Source of the DNA: Candidatus Micrarchaeaceae archaeon
GTDB taxonomy: Archaea > Micrarchaeota > Micrarchaeia > Micrarchaeales > CABMGC01
NCBI GenBank assembly: GCA_038873795.1
Contig: JAVZDR010000013.1
Location: 1-14,421, forward strand
DNA: 14,421 bases
Direction: 5' to 3'
The translations under genes were made by a program, and so were the position numbers. Numbering within the stretch: the first letter of the stretch is position 1; every line of letters begins with the position of its first letter. Positions 1 through 6,602 of the stretch are shown here, piece after piece. Below the pieces are notes generated by a model. It saw only the letters and a list, made by a program, of their open reading frames with translations. It was not told where the DNA came from and did no database searches.

Positions 1-623
1 TTGCCGTATGCCTTGAGAAGCTCAGGCTTCTTTATTGCAAGTATTATGTTCTCATAGATCATTCTCTTCTCCTTCTCCATGCCTACTACATCCTTGAATG
101 TTATGTTGGATTTGTACCACTTTGTCTTCTTTATCTGGCCCTCCACAATCTCGCTTTCCTCAACCTCTGCTTTTGAAGAAGCTACACGGCTTGGTTTGAT
201 CCCGCCTATTTCTATCTCCTGGGATATTTTGTTTTTGAGCTGCTCCAATCTTGATTTTGCCTCAGCATAATTTGGATTGTTTGAGAGTGCCTTTTGGTAC
301 CATTCCTGTGCGCCGTCATAATCATGCTGGTACTCGCTGATAACACCCATCACATATGGTGCGTCATAGCTGTCAGGCTCGAGTGCCATGACGGTTTCAG
401 CATCTCTTGCTGCCTCTTCATATCTACTCAGTATAGCGTATGCCAATGCCCTGTTGAAGTATGCACTTGAATACTTGGGGTCCAATTTTATTGCCTGGGA
501 GTAGAGATCTATTGCCTCATCGAATTTGTTCTCTTCGAACATGGCGCCCGCTTTTGTATAAAGCTCTTTCGCCAATGGATTGCTGGTACCACCTTTCTTG
601 CTTTTGCCTTCATCGTTTGCCAT
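1..623 (-). CDS. TPR-repeat AAA+ ATPase, N-terminal part (runs off the left edge of the window)
   Basis: Not in the ORF track; translated by hand from the ATG at 623 (an in-frame ATG at 629 overlaps the RNase H stop as TGATG). MANDEGKSKK...AKELYTKAGAMFEENKFDEAIDLYSQAIKLDPKYSSAYFNRALAYAILSRYEEAARDAETVMALEPDSYDAPYVMGVISEYQHDYDGAQEWYQKALSNNPNY gives three TPR motifs. These are followed by ITFKDVVGMEKEKRMIYENIILAIKKPELLKAYG, the typical start of a Cdc48/Vps4/FtsH-type AAA domain. The Walker motifs lie outside the window. Confidence 0.85.
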   Translation of the reverse strand, partial: MANDEGKSKKGGTSNPLAKELYTKAGAMFEENKFDEAIDLYSQAIKLDPKYSSAYFNRALAYAILSRYEEAARDAETVMALEPDSYDAPYVMGVISEYQHDYDGAQEWYQKALSNNPNYAEAKSRLEQLKNKISQEIEIGGIKPSRVASSKAEVEESEIVEGQIKKTKWYKSNITFKDVVGMEKEKRMIYENIILAIKKPELLKAYG

Positions 624-628
624 AAACA

Positions 629-1084
629 TCACAGCTTAGCCTGTTTGCCATGCGCAGCTTTTTTGTCATTTTCAATATTGTCAAGTAACCTATTTATTGC
701 TTTGTCAACAGCTGATATGTACTTGTTTTCCCTCTTGACGTTAAAGAATCTGCACTCTTCGAATAACGCCGATAGCCTCTTTGCCTCATTGCTGAGTTTC
801 TGCATTTCCCGACTTTTTATCCTGTATTGGCCGTTCAGCTGCTTTACCACCAGCTCGCTGTCTGAATATAGGTTGATAGAATTTTTTACGCCGAGATTCG
901 CTGCTACCCATCCCAGCGCTTTTATTACTGCCATATATTCGGCAAAATTGTTTGTCTTTACACCATTAAAGATTGCCCTTTTTGAGAGCAAGCTGTGTTT
1001 TCCATCGAAGATAAGATAGCCTGATGCGCTGGGTCCTGGGTTGCCGCGCGCTGCGCCGTCCGTGTAAATATATATGCTTGCCAT
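629..1084 (-). CDS. rnhA: Ribonuclease HI (archaeal/RNase H-like family)
   Basis: Motifs IYTDGAARGNPGPSASG, TNNFAEY, YSDSELVVKQLNGQY and KRENK...VD. The start was moved to ATG 1084 (MASIYIY) because 1085-1132 is AT-rich promoter-like DNA. Confidence 0.9.
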   Translation of the reverse strand: MASIYIYTDGAARGNPGPSASGYLIFDGKHSLLSKRAIFNGVKTNNFAEYMAVIKALGWVAANLGVKNSINLYSDSELVVKQLNGQYRIKSREMQKLSNEAKRLSALFEECRFFNVKRENKYISAVDKAINRLLDNIENDKKAAHGKQAKL

Positions 1085-1193
1085 AATATCTTCCTGAAAT
1101 TTTGATTTTCGCTTAAATATATTTTGACGCATATCCTTTTCTGCTTTAGGGATTTATACTTTTATATTTTTGTTGGATAATATTAGTGGTTCT
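1085..1193. promoter_or_regulatory. Divergent promoter region (rnhA/TPR-AAA versus histidine kinase)
   Basis: AT-rich. TATA-like TTTATA at 1161-1166 lies ~30 nt before ATG 1194 (+). TATATTTAA on the minus strand near 1113-1122 lies ~30 nt before ATG 1084. Confidence 0.55.
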
Positions 1194-3443
1194 ATGCCTG
1201 AAAATCCTGCATTAACGACATTTTTGTATGATATATTTGAACTGAGCGACAAGTATCTGAAGGCTGAAGATTTTCTGAATAAGTTTGCGGCAGAGTTAAA
1301 GGCCACCTTTGGCATAGACGAAATCATGCTCAAGCTGCTCATGCATGGCAAAGAAACGATAAACTCCGCGGAAGAATTCGCGCTCAATACTGGCAAGCCC
1401 TATATCGACAACAGACTCAGCGGTTATTCTGCATTTTCAGAGCTCGTTGCGCTCTATAATAGCGGTTTCAGGAGCTGCGCAATTCTGCCGATGACAAACG
1501 GCAACAAGCCAATAGCTGTCCTTTCGCTGCTCTCAAAATCAGAAGAGAAGTTTGACGAGGGGCTGATGAACATCTTGATTGCTGGCTCAAAACTGGCAAG
1601 CTATAGCATTTTGATGAATGTTGAAAGAGAGAAAAGCATTGGGCTTGCTAAGTATTTCGATGCCGCTTTCAGCTCGATAATGCCACAGCTCCTGCTCGAT
1701 AAGAAAGGGATTATTGTAAAAGTCAATAAGGCTATGGCAAACCTGCTAAACAAGAACCCTAAGGATATAATCGGCGAGAACATTAAATCGCTGCTCAGCG
1801 CGGATGCAAATATGCTTGCCTCAGTGAGATCCGGGTCGCCTGTAGAGATTTCACTTGCTGACGATCCCTATAGGAAGATAATGGCTTCTGTTAATATAAT
1901 AAATGAGAACCTGATGCACGTTCTGCTGTATGAAGTTACTGATTTAAGGCTATTGGAAAGCCAATCGCGGATTTTTGGAAGAAGCGGCGACGAGGCGGTG
2001 ATTATGCTCGACAAGGATCTAAATATAAGGTGGGCCAGCGAGAACATCGAGAGGGTATTGAAATGCAGCAAGGACTCTATAATCGGCAAAAACTTCTCTG
2101 ATATTTCCAAGAGCAGGCCAGAGATAAAGGAGCAGATTTCCAACTTCAGCGGCGATGCATATGAAGGGTTCGTTGATCTTAACTTTGAGAATGAGGTTGT
2201 GGTGCCAGCAAAGATCACTGTTATCAGGGACAACATGTATGGCTTTTCTTGCATAATATCAAACAGGGCCTATGAGAGGTATGCAGAAAAGATCAGGGGC
2301 GATATCAGGGATATCATAGCCCTTTCGAGCGATGCCATAATAGAGCTTGATGAATTTGGGTATATAAGGTCTGTAAATAAGAGGGCTGAGGAATTGCTTG
2401 GCTATTCTGCTGACGAGATAATAGGGAGTGCCCTATCCCTATTCTACGACCAAGAAAGCCAAGAGAGGATAAACAATGCCATATCAATAGCGAGGAAGAG
2501 TGGGTATGTTGGCAATATTTTCGTAAACATGATTAAAAAGAACAGTGAAGCCATACCATTCGAGCAGAGTGTGAGGAGCGAAACTAACGAAAATGGTCTG
2601 CCCAGCGGCTATATGGTAGTTGGCAGGGAGCTGGCCACAAAGAGGATTATAGAAGACCTTAAAGATGCGGAGGAGAGGCTTGAGAAGACTGCAGAGAGGC
2701 TTAAGAGCGAGAGCGACCTTAAAACAGACTTTATATACAATATCTCGCACGACCTCAAGACGCCCATAACAAATATAAAAGGTTTTTCAAGGCTTCTCTA
2801 CAATGAGGAGTTTGGAAAGCTGAATGACGAACAGAAAGGCTATGTGAAGATTATACTCGATGAATCTGACAGGCTGATACAGCTGATACAGCAGATACTG
2901 GACGTGGCAAAAATGTCATCCGGAAAGATAAAGCTGGACATGCAGCCTGTGGACTTCAATAAGCTGAGCGAAAACCCAAGCATAAAGTCGCTTGAAGAGG
3001 TTGCGGTTGGCAAAGGCCTTGCCTTCTCTTGGAATGTGGATTTCAATGTCCCAGAGATCAAGGCTGACCCGAACAGGCTTATACAGGTCTTTATCAATCT
3101 GATCGGCAATGCAATAAAATTCACAGAGCAAGGCAGCATAGCGGTGAAGATCTACAGAAAGGGAAAGAATGTGCGTGTTGAGGTGAAGGATACCGGCGTA
3201 GGCATAAGCAAGGAAGATCAGCGCAAGCTCTTCAGGAAGTTTTATCAGGTCCACAGAAAGGACCTAAAAAGGCCTGAAGGCACAGGGACAGGGCTTGGCT
3301 TGTCTATAGCAAAAGAGATCATATCCCTTCATGGCGGCAGGATAGGCGTGAATTCTGAGGTTGGAAAAGGCAGCGAATTCTGGTTTACATTGCCTATTTA
3401 TGGCAAAAAAAAGAAGGTGCAGGAGAAACAGGAGCAAGAATGA
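1194..3443 (+). CDS. Cytoplasmic GAF-PAS-PAS-PAS sensor histidine kinase (HisKA + HATPase_c)
   Basis: H box NISHDLKTPITNIKG, N box VFINLIGNAIKFT, G1 VKDTGVGI, F box LFRKFYQ and G2 GTGLGLSI. PAS-like starts LLLDKKGIIVKVN, IMLDKDLNIRWAS and IIELDEFGYIRSVN; GAF-like RSCAILPMTNGNKPIAVLSL. No transmembrane segment. Start placed at ATG 1194. Confidence 0.93.
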   Translation: MPENPALTTFLYDIFELSDKYLKAEDFLNKFAAELKATFGIDEIMLKLLMHGKETINSAEEFALNTGKPYIDNRLSGYSAFSELVALYNSGFRSCAILPMTNGNKPIAVLSLLSKSEEKFDEGLMNILIAGSKLASYSILMNVEREKSIGLAKYFDAAFSSIMPQLLLDKKGIIVKVNKAMANLLNKNPKDIIGENIKSLLSADANMLASVRSGSPVEISLADDPYRKIMASVNIINENLMHVLLYEVTDLRLLESQSRIFGRSGDEAVIMLDKDLNIRWASENIERVLKCSKDSIIGKNFSDISKSRPEIKEQISNFSGDAYEGFVDLNFENEVVVPAKITVIRDNMYGFSCIISNRAYERYAEKIRGDIRDIIALSSDAIIELDEFGYIRSVNKRAEELLGYSADEIIGSALSLFYDQESQERINNAISIARKSGYVGNIFVNMIKKNSEAIPFEQSVRSETNENGLPSGYMVVGRELATKRIIEDLKDAEERLEKTAERLKSESDLKTDFIYNISHDLKTPITNIKGFSRLLYNEEFGKLNDEQKGYVKIILDESDRLIQLIQQILDVAKMSSGKIKLDMQPVDFNKLSENPSIKSLEEVAVGKGLAFSWNVDFNVPEIKADPNRLIQVFINLIGNAIKFTEQGSIAVKIYRKGKNVRVEVKDTGVGISKEDQRKLFRKFYQVHRKDLKRPEGTGTGLGLSIAKEIISLHGGRIGVNSEVGKGSEFWFTLPIYGKKKKVQEKQEQE

Positions 3444-3446
3444 GCG

Positions 3447-4493
3447 TTACTTCGGCGTATAAGGCATGTATGGTATGTATGCGCCACAGAAGTTGCTTAT
3501 GCTGCTCTGGAACTGGTATGCGGCGTTAAGTTCCGTATAATTAAGGCCTTGGTATACGCCAACAAAATCTACGCTCGTGGGTAGGCCTGATGAATAATTC
3601 ATTATTATTATCAGGGCTGGTGTTGGGCTTGGCGATGATCGGCTCAGCGTCGAGTAGGTAACCTCATAATTGCCCTTCCCGAGGCTCGTGATGTTGGTTT
3701 CAAGCGCGTATGGTGTATTCATGCTTGCATTATAAAATGAGAACGGGCCTGTAGGGGTGATGCCATACTTCAGCATTGTCGCATTGTAGATGCTTTCATT
3801 GCATACTTTGTCCTTGGCATAAAGGGTTGAATATTCATTCATCAATGTACCAATGTTCATGGTGCCAACCAGCTTCATTATGTTTGCTGTTGGTATGGTT
3901 GCATTTGCCGAGACTGTAGTAGTGGGCGCTATAGTGGTCGTTGTAGAAGTTGTGGTTGTGATCACGCCCACGCTGCCATTGTAGATCACATGCTCTGACA
4001 ATATTGCAGGAAGTATCACTATGTATGGGCTTGGCTTTATAGCAAGCCCTGTTGATATGGGCGAAAGCGAGATCCTAACTCCAGAGGAATTGCTCGAATT
4101 CAAGAATATGTGTATGTTAGAGGACTGGAGAGCGTCTGTGCTCATGTTTGCGCCGCCACCGGCAGGTATGAACGCTGCAATTACTGGCTTGCTCAGAACA
4201 GGCATGCCGGTTATATAGATTATTGAGCCGCTGGCTGTTGAATTCTTGACTAAGAGGTAATATGTGCCGTGACCTGAAGGCATGCTGAAGTATATGCCCT
4301 CTCCCACGTGTATATTGAACGTCCTTTGCACATTGATTAGGGGCACCCTCGGCAAGGAAAGCTCATATGCCGCAATAATGATTATTATCAAGACAAGGAT
4401 TGCAATGGATATGTTCCTTGCGGTATGCTTATGTGCTATAGACCGCAAGTCCTTCCTTTTTTGGCCAAACATTGCCGCACCAGCCAAAGCCAT
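3447..4493 (-). CDS. Membrane-anchored extracellular glycoprotein, function unknown
   Basis: Basic N-terminus followed by hydrophobic ISIAILVLIIIIIAAY, a Thr-rich linker TTTTSTTTTIAPTTTVS and 12 N-X-S/T sequons after the TM helix. Start ATG 4493 is supported by a minus-strand TTTATATA at 4518-4525; the alternative start is 4472. Confidence 0.75.
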   Translation of the reverse strand: MALAGAAMFGQKRKDLRSIAHKHTARNISIAILVLIIIIIAAYELSLPRVPLINVQRTFNIHVGEGIYFSMPSGHGTYYLLVKNSTASGSIIYITGMPVLSKPVIAAFIPAGGGANMSTDALQSSNIHIFLNSSNSSGVRISLSPISTGLAIKPSPYIVILPAILSEHVIYNGSVGVITTTTSTTTTIAPTTTVSANATIPTANIMKLVGTMNIGTLMNEYSTLYAKDKVCNESIYNATMLKYGITPTGPFSFYNASMNTPYALETNITSLGKGNYEVTYSTLSRSSPSPTPALIIIMNYSSGLPTSVDFVGVYQGLNYTELNAAYQFQSSISNFCGAYIPYMPYTPK

Positions 4494-4587
4494 TTGGGCA
4501 TAGCTCCGAAACGATGGTATATAAAAAGAAAAATATATATGCATTGCTATAACTTTATATTGCGCAAAAGGTTGGCAGGGCTGATTT

Positions 4588-5250
4588 ATGCACGATTTTT
4601 ATGCGCTTTATGGAAGGCTCAGGGACCACTTTGGCTTCCTGAACTGGTGGCCTGGCGAGACAGAAGATGAGATAGTGATAGGCGCAATACTGACACAGCA
4701 GACGAGCTGGAAAAATGTGGAGAAGGCGATTTCCAACTTGAGAAAATCGAACGCGCTGAGCATAAGCAAGATCGCAGCAACGAGCCTTGAGAAGCTTGAA
4801 AGTATGGTAAGGCCGAGCGGCTTCTACAAACAGAAGGCCAGAAGGCTTCTCGAATTTTCCAAGCATGTGATTAGAAGCCATGGAAGCCTCAAAGCAATGC
4901 TTGGCATGCCAGTAGATGATTTGCGCAGAGAGCTGCTAAGCCTCGATGGTATAGGCCCTGAGACTGCTGATTCAATAATATTGTATGCAGCTGGCAAGCC
5001 AGTCTTCGTAGTAGATGCTTACACAATGAGGATAGTGGACCGTATTTTCAATATGAGGGAGCATGAGTATTCTGCATTGCAGAAGAAGATAGAAGGTTCT
5101 ATTGAAAAGGACCTTGACTTATACAAGGATTTCCATGCGCAGTTTGTCGAGCTTGGAAAGACTTTCTGCAAAAAGAATCCACTCTGCGAGGGCTGTCCAG
5201 CAAATGGAATTTGCAGCTATTATGCCAAAAATAAAAACAAAAAAAGGTGA
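4588..5250 (+). CDS. Endonuclease III-related HhH-GPD DNA glycosylase with C-terminal [4Fe-4S] motif
   Basis: WWPGET, IGAILTQQTSWKNVEKA, VRPSGFYKQKA, HhH motif LLSLDGIGPETADSI, VVDAYTMRI and the CKKNPLCEGCPANGIC four-cysteine cluster. Confidence 0.9.
   Translation: MHDFYALYGRLRDHFGFLNWWPGETEDEIVIGAILTQQTSWKNVEKAISNLRKSNALSISKIAATSLEKLESMVRPSGFYKQKARRLLEFSKHVIRSHGSLKAMLGMPVDDLRRELLSLDGIGPETADSIILYAAGKPVFVVDAYTMRIVDRIFNMREHEYSALQKKIEGSIEKDLDLYKDFHAQFVELGKTFCKKNPLCEGCPANGICSYYAKNKNKKR
5226..5245 (-). terminator. Oligo-T terminator for 5S rRNA, embedded in the 3' end of the glycosylase gene
   Basis: The minus strand reads TTTTTTTGTTTTTATTTTT directly after the 5S 3' end. On the plus strand the same bases encode the KNKNKK tail. 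Confidence 0.55.
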
Positions 5251-5366
5251 TGCCAAACAGCAATATGCTTTCCCACCAGTAAGGCAGTATTTCATATCGT
5301 GGGCAGGCTTAGCTTCCGAGTTCGGAATGGGTTCGGGCGTTTCCCTGCCCCTATGGCCGTTTGGCA
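5251..5366 (-). rRNA. rrf: 5S ribosomal RNA (stand-alone)
   Basis: The reverse complement reads UGCCAAACGGCCAUAG...GAACCCAUUCCGAACUCGGAAGCUAAGCC...GGGAAA...GCUGUUUGGCA. It has the conserved loop C CCCAUUCCGAAC and complementary ends forming helix I. Confidence 0.95.
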
Positions 5367-5385
5367 TTATTATTTCAGCTTAATA

Positions 5386-5393
5386 ATATAAAA
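5386..5393 (-). promoter_or_regulatory. TATA box of the 5S rRNA gene
   Basis: TTTTATAT on the minus strand, ~20-27 nt upstream of the 5S 5' end, with an A-rich BRE-like stretch upstream. Confidence 0.6.
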
Positions 5394-5411
5394 GCTTTAT
5401 TCTTTGAAAAC

Positions 5412-5495
5412 AGGTGTTTAATTTTTATATCACAACACACATTCGCCTTTTGAGGTTTCTAATTGTACTACCCCTGCAATTTCCCCATGCACATC
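5412..5495 (+). repeat. Diverged direct repeat, copy 1 (partner 6258-6342)
   Basis: 5459-5495 versus 6306-6342 align without gaps at 26/37 identity, and all 11 differences are transitions. Both copies begin AGGTGTT and share TTTT, TATCA, AACA and ATTC blocks. Confidence 0.8.
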
Positions 5496-5603
5496 CGAGT
5501 GAAAAAGATTGACCCTATATAAAATTGATGCACTTAGCCAATTTACAAAATCTTAAATATCTTTAAACAAATTACATATAGCATTAATTCTTACAGCGAT
5601 AAA

Positions 5604-6248
5604 ATGACAGTTAAGAATATAGATAAAGATAAAAATGACCTGCAGGTAAGGAGAGACGCTAATGAAGCAGCAGAGGTGCTTGTGGAAAAAGTGGAGGCTG
5701 TTATTAAAGCAGAGACGCTTGTGGAAAAATTCGATGCCTTACTCAAAATTTTTCCGCTCCAATCGTACGAGGATTACGATTTTAATAAGAGGAATTTTGC
5801 TAAAATGATCGACAACTACTGCGGTGGTCCTGCGAACGCGACAGAAACAGCCCTAAAAAAGAATATACTAGAGCAAATGGAGCACTATAGTCTTGATAAT
5901 CGATACCCCACTACCCGTTTGTGCTTTAGGTTTTCGCTGAAAGATAGCGAGAATGAAAAATTAAGTAAAATTTTAAGATCATCATTGGGGGTTAACCATG
6001 AAGACGAATATACAATCTATTACGTTAATGAGTTTATCGAAATAGGTAAAGAGCATGTTATTTCTTTCGGTTCGGAAGGTTTCGCAAAAGGTAGAGCCTA
6101 TGTATACCATTATATACGCTATGATAAAACAACGAACAGTTTTGAGATAGGCATTGGGGACTATTATTCATCAGACGAGGGAGAGGTTATAGAAATACTG
6201 CATGGAAATCTCAAGAGGATAGAGGAAATATTTGAGAAGAATCGTTAA
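5604..6248 (+). CDS. Hypothetical protein (214 aa), no recognisable family
   Basis: Long open frame with ATG start and AT-rich TATA-like sequence upstream; protein-like composition; internal 13-aa duplication AEVLVEKVEAVIK/AETLVEKFDALLK. Confidence 0.75.
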   Translation: MTVKNIDKDKNDLQVRRDANEAAEVLVEKVEAVIKAETLVEKFDALLKIFPLQSYEDYDFNKRNFAKMIDNYCGGPANATETALKKNILEQMEHYSLDNRYPTTRLCFRFSLKDSENEKLSKILRSSLGVNHEDEYTIYYVNEFIEIGKEHVISFGSEGFAKGRAYVYHYIRYDKTTNSFEIGIGDYYSSDEGEVIEILHGNLKRIEEIFEKNR

Positions 6249-6255
6249 ACAGATT

Positions 6256-6549
6256 TAAGGTGTTGACTTTTCTATCATAACATATTCCTCATTTTTTATT
6301 GTTTACCAATTATATCACCTCCACAATTTTCTCACGCATATCGCATCCAATACGCAATGAGGCATGTGGCTCTTTGCCACAACTCTGGCCGCGGCCAGAA
6401 CCCATTTTATTTTTGCTGGCCACTATATTCATGTTACTACCTTATCCTACTATACACAGGGGTTTGCCGTCGAAGAAAGAAGTCAAACCTTGTTGTAGGA
6501 TTTGATTTGTATTCGGAAGAATAGGTATTTAAAAACATTCAACATCCTA
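6256..6549. mobile_element. MITE-like segment with imperfect terminal inverted repeats
   Basis: 6256-6290 (TAAGGTGTTGACTTTTCTATCATAACATATTCCTC) matches the reverse complement of 6516-6549 (TAGGATGTTGAATGTTTTTAAATACCTATTCTTC) at 24/35 with one gap. The interior has no recognisable coding sequence and contains hairpins. Confidence 0.4.
6258..6342 (+). repeat. Diverged direct repeat, copy 2 (partner 5412-5495)
   Basis: See copy 1. It starts 9 nt after the stop codon of the 214-aa ORF. Confidence 0.8.
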
Positions 6550-6602
6550 TCTTTGAAAACGCAAAGTGAAGAAATTTAAAAATAGTGAGGCCATACAATA
6601 CC

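Larger units (their letters stand above)
5401..6560. mobile_element. Putative non-autonomous insertion/cassette carrying an orphan ORF
   Basis: TCTTTGAAAAC occurs at 5401-5411 and 6550-6560. The interior is visibly AT-richer than the flanking genes and contains direct and inverted repeats (listed separately). There is no transposase or integrase. Confidence 0.45.

Noticed and set aside
5102..5383. ORFs 5102-5383 (+) and 5119-5367 (-)
   Set aside because: They overlap the 5S rRNA gene and the glycosylase, and are shadow translations of the rRNA.
5469..5491. Minus-strand GGAAATTGCAGGGGT resembling an archaeal origin recognition box
   Set aside because: It lacks the conserved TCCA half, the G-string is not kept in copy 2, and there is no cdc6/orc1 gene nearby.
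6289..6322. Perfect SD GGAGGTGA followed by TTG on the minus strand
   Set aside because: The frame closes after six codons (MVNNKK*), and the SD is not conserved in repeat copy 1. It is at best a relic, so it is not called as a gene.
5459..6342. Repeat pair as a diversity-generating retroelement TR/VR
   Set aside because: The differences are not confined to adenines of one copy (changes go both ways), neither copy is inside the ORF, and there is no reverse transcriptase in the window.
6249..6342. Integron attC site after the orphan ORF
   Set aside because: There are no properly placed RYYYAAC/GTTRRRY ends, no long bottom-strand hairpin and no integrase in view.
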